A stretch of 63,573 nt of DNA, filler included, from Chiloscyllium plagiosum (taxonomy: Eukaryota): assembly GCF_004010195.1 (NCBI RefSeq). It is 5 parts of one record of this genome, joined end to end, with 100 filler letters (N's around TTAATTAATTAA, not from the genome) between each part and the next. Parts side by side here need not be neighbours in the genome. Positions count along the whole stretch, not along the records: positions 61,174 to 63,573 come from NC_057716.1; 4 more parts are not named here. One strand, given 5' to 3'. Below are positions 62,350 through 63,573 of this stretch, in pieces. Position 1 is the first letter of the stretch. Each line of letters starts with the position of its first letter. A program made the translations under genes and the position numbers. The notes under the pieces are model-generated. The model saw only the letters and a list, made by a program, of their open reading frames with translations. It was not told the DNA's origin and ran no database searches.

Positions 62350-63010
62350 TCCCTGAACACTATGGGCCGGAGAGGGGGTGGGGGCGGAGAGGTCGGGAAG
62401 AAGATTGCAGGTCAAGAAGGTGGTGCTGCGTCTGAGGGTTGGGACTGAGATAAGGTGGGGGGGGGGAGCGGAAATGAGGAAGCTGGAGAAATCTGCATTC
62501 ATCCTTTGTGGTTGGAGGGTTCCTAGGCGGAAGATGAGTCGCTCTTCCTCCAGGCGTCGTGTTGCCATGGTCTGGCGATGGAGGAGGCCAAGGACCTGCA
62601 TGTCCTTGGCGGAGTGGGAGTGGGAGGGGGAGTTAAAGTGTTCAGCCACAGGGCTGTTGGGTTGGTTGGTGCGAGTGTCCCAGAGGTGTTCTTTGAAACG
62701 TTCCGCAAGTAGGCAGCCTGTCTCCCCAATGTACAGGAGCCCACATTGGGTGCAGCGGATGCATTAAATGATGTGTGTGGAGTGCAGGTAAATTTGTGAC
62801 GGATGTGGAAAGATCCCTTGGGGCCTTGGAGGGAAGTGAGAGGGGAGATATGGGCGCAAGTCTTGCATTTCTTGCGGTTGCAGGGTAAGGTGCCGGGAGT
62901 GGAGGTTGGATTGGTGGGGGGTGTGGACCTGACGAGGGAGTCGCGGAGGAAGTGGTCTTTCCGGAACGCTGATAGGGGAGGGGAGGGAAATATATCCTTG
63001 GTGGTGGGGT
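62350..63010 (-). mobile_element. PLE GIY-YIG endonuclease fragment (frameshifted)
   Basis: PCNRKKCKTC and AEHFNSPSH ... RRLEEERLIFRLGTLQPQRMN; near-paralogue of 41553-42118. Confidence 0.9.
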
Positions 63011-63460
63011 CTTTATGGAGAGTAAATCGCGGGGATGTTGACAGAAATTTTCCAGGTGAAAGTGAGGACTGCAGATGCTGTAGATTAGAGTCAAGAGTGT
63101 GGTGCTGGAAAAACACAGCAGGTTAGACAGCATCTGAGGAGCAGGAAAAACAACGTTTGGGCAGAAGCCCTTCATCAGGAACCAGGCCCCTGTGAACATA
63201 GGATTAGTCCCAGGGGATTGGAGGATTGCAAATGTGACAACGCTGCTTATGAAAGGAGCAAAAGATACCCAAAAACTACAGACCTGTCAAACTACAAATT
63301 TGGCATCATTAGTGAGAAAAGTGATGGAGGCCATTATATGGAATAACGTAAACACACACTTAAGAAAAATAAGTTAATACTAGACACTCAATATGGCCTT
63401 CTTCTGGATCAGTGGTGCTGGAAGAGCACAGCAATTCAGGCAGCATCCGAGGACAGGCAA

Positions 63461-63496
63461 AATCGACGTTTCGGGCAAAAGCCCTTCATCAGGAAT
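63461..63496 (-). ncRNA. Minimal hammerhead ribozyme motif
   Basis: Minus strand AUUC-CUGAUGA-A-GGGC-UUUU-GCCC-GAAA-CGUC-GAUU. Confidence 0.62.
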
Positions 63497-63573
63497 AAAG
63501 GCAGAGAGCCTGAAGCGTGGAGAGATAAGCTAGAGGAGGGTGGGGATGGGGAGAGAGTGGCATAGAGTACAAT

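Overview
Eukaryotic, vertebrate genomic DNA, almost certainly from a cartilaginous fish (shark/ray), judged from HE1-type V-SINEs, HER1/CR1-type LINEs, a Deu-domain SINE and abundant Penelope-like elements. Three host genes are visible. (1) An intronless-CDS CXCR1/CXCR2-like chemokine receptor (+, 551-1690) with an unusual NRY motif in place of DRY. (2) The first three coding exons of a RUN-domain RUFY4/FYCO1-family gene (-, 27178-26149; candidate later exon 3878-3793). Its remaining exons were not found, so the CXCR gene may be nested antisense in one of its introns. (3) The first coding exon of a tensin-1 (TNS1) long isoform (+, 49017-49112, MGCTLSFCCC...), head-to-head with the RUFY4-like gene, which matches the human TNS1-RUFY4-CXCR2/1 neighbourhood. 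Most of the rest is transposon debris: CR1 LINEs, SINEs, a Gmr1-type LTR retrotransposon with integrase upstream of RT, two solo LTRs, minisatellites, and many Penelope-like fragments. The Penelope terminal repeats carry minimal, probably dimer-dependent hammerhead ribozyme motifs with covarying stems, and are often inserted as fold-back hairpins. Five assembly gaps are present, four with an artificial TTAATTAATTAA spacer. All gene and family names come from recall of the protein and repeat families; no database search was run.
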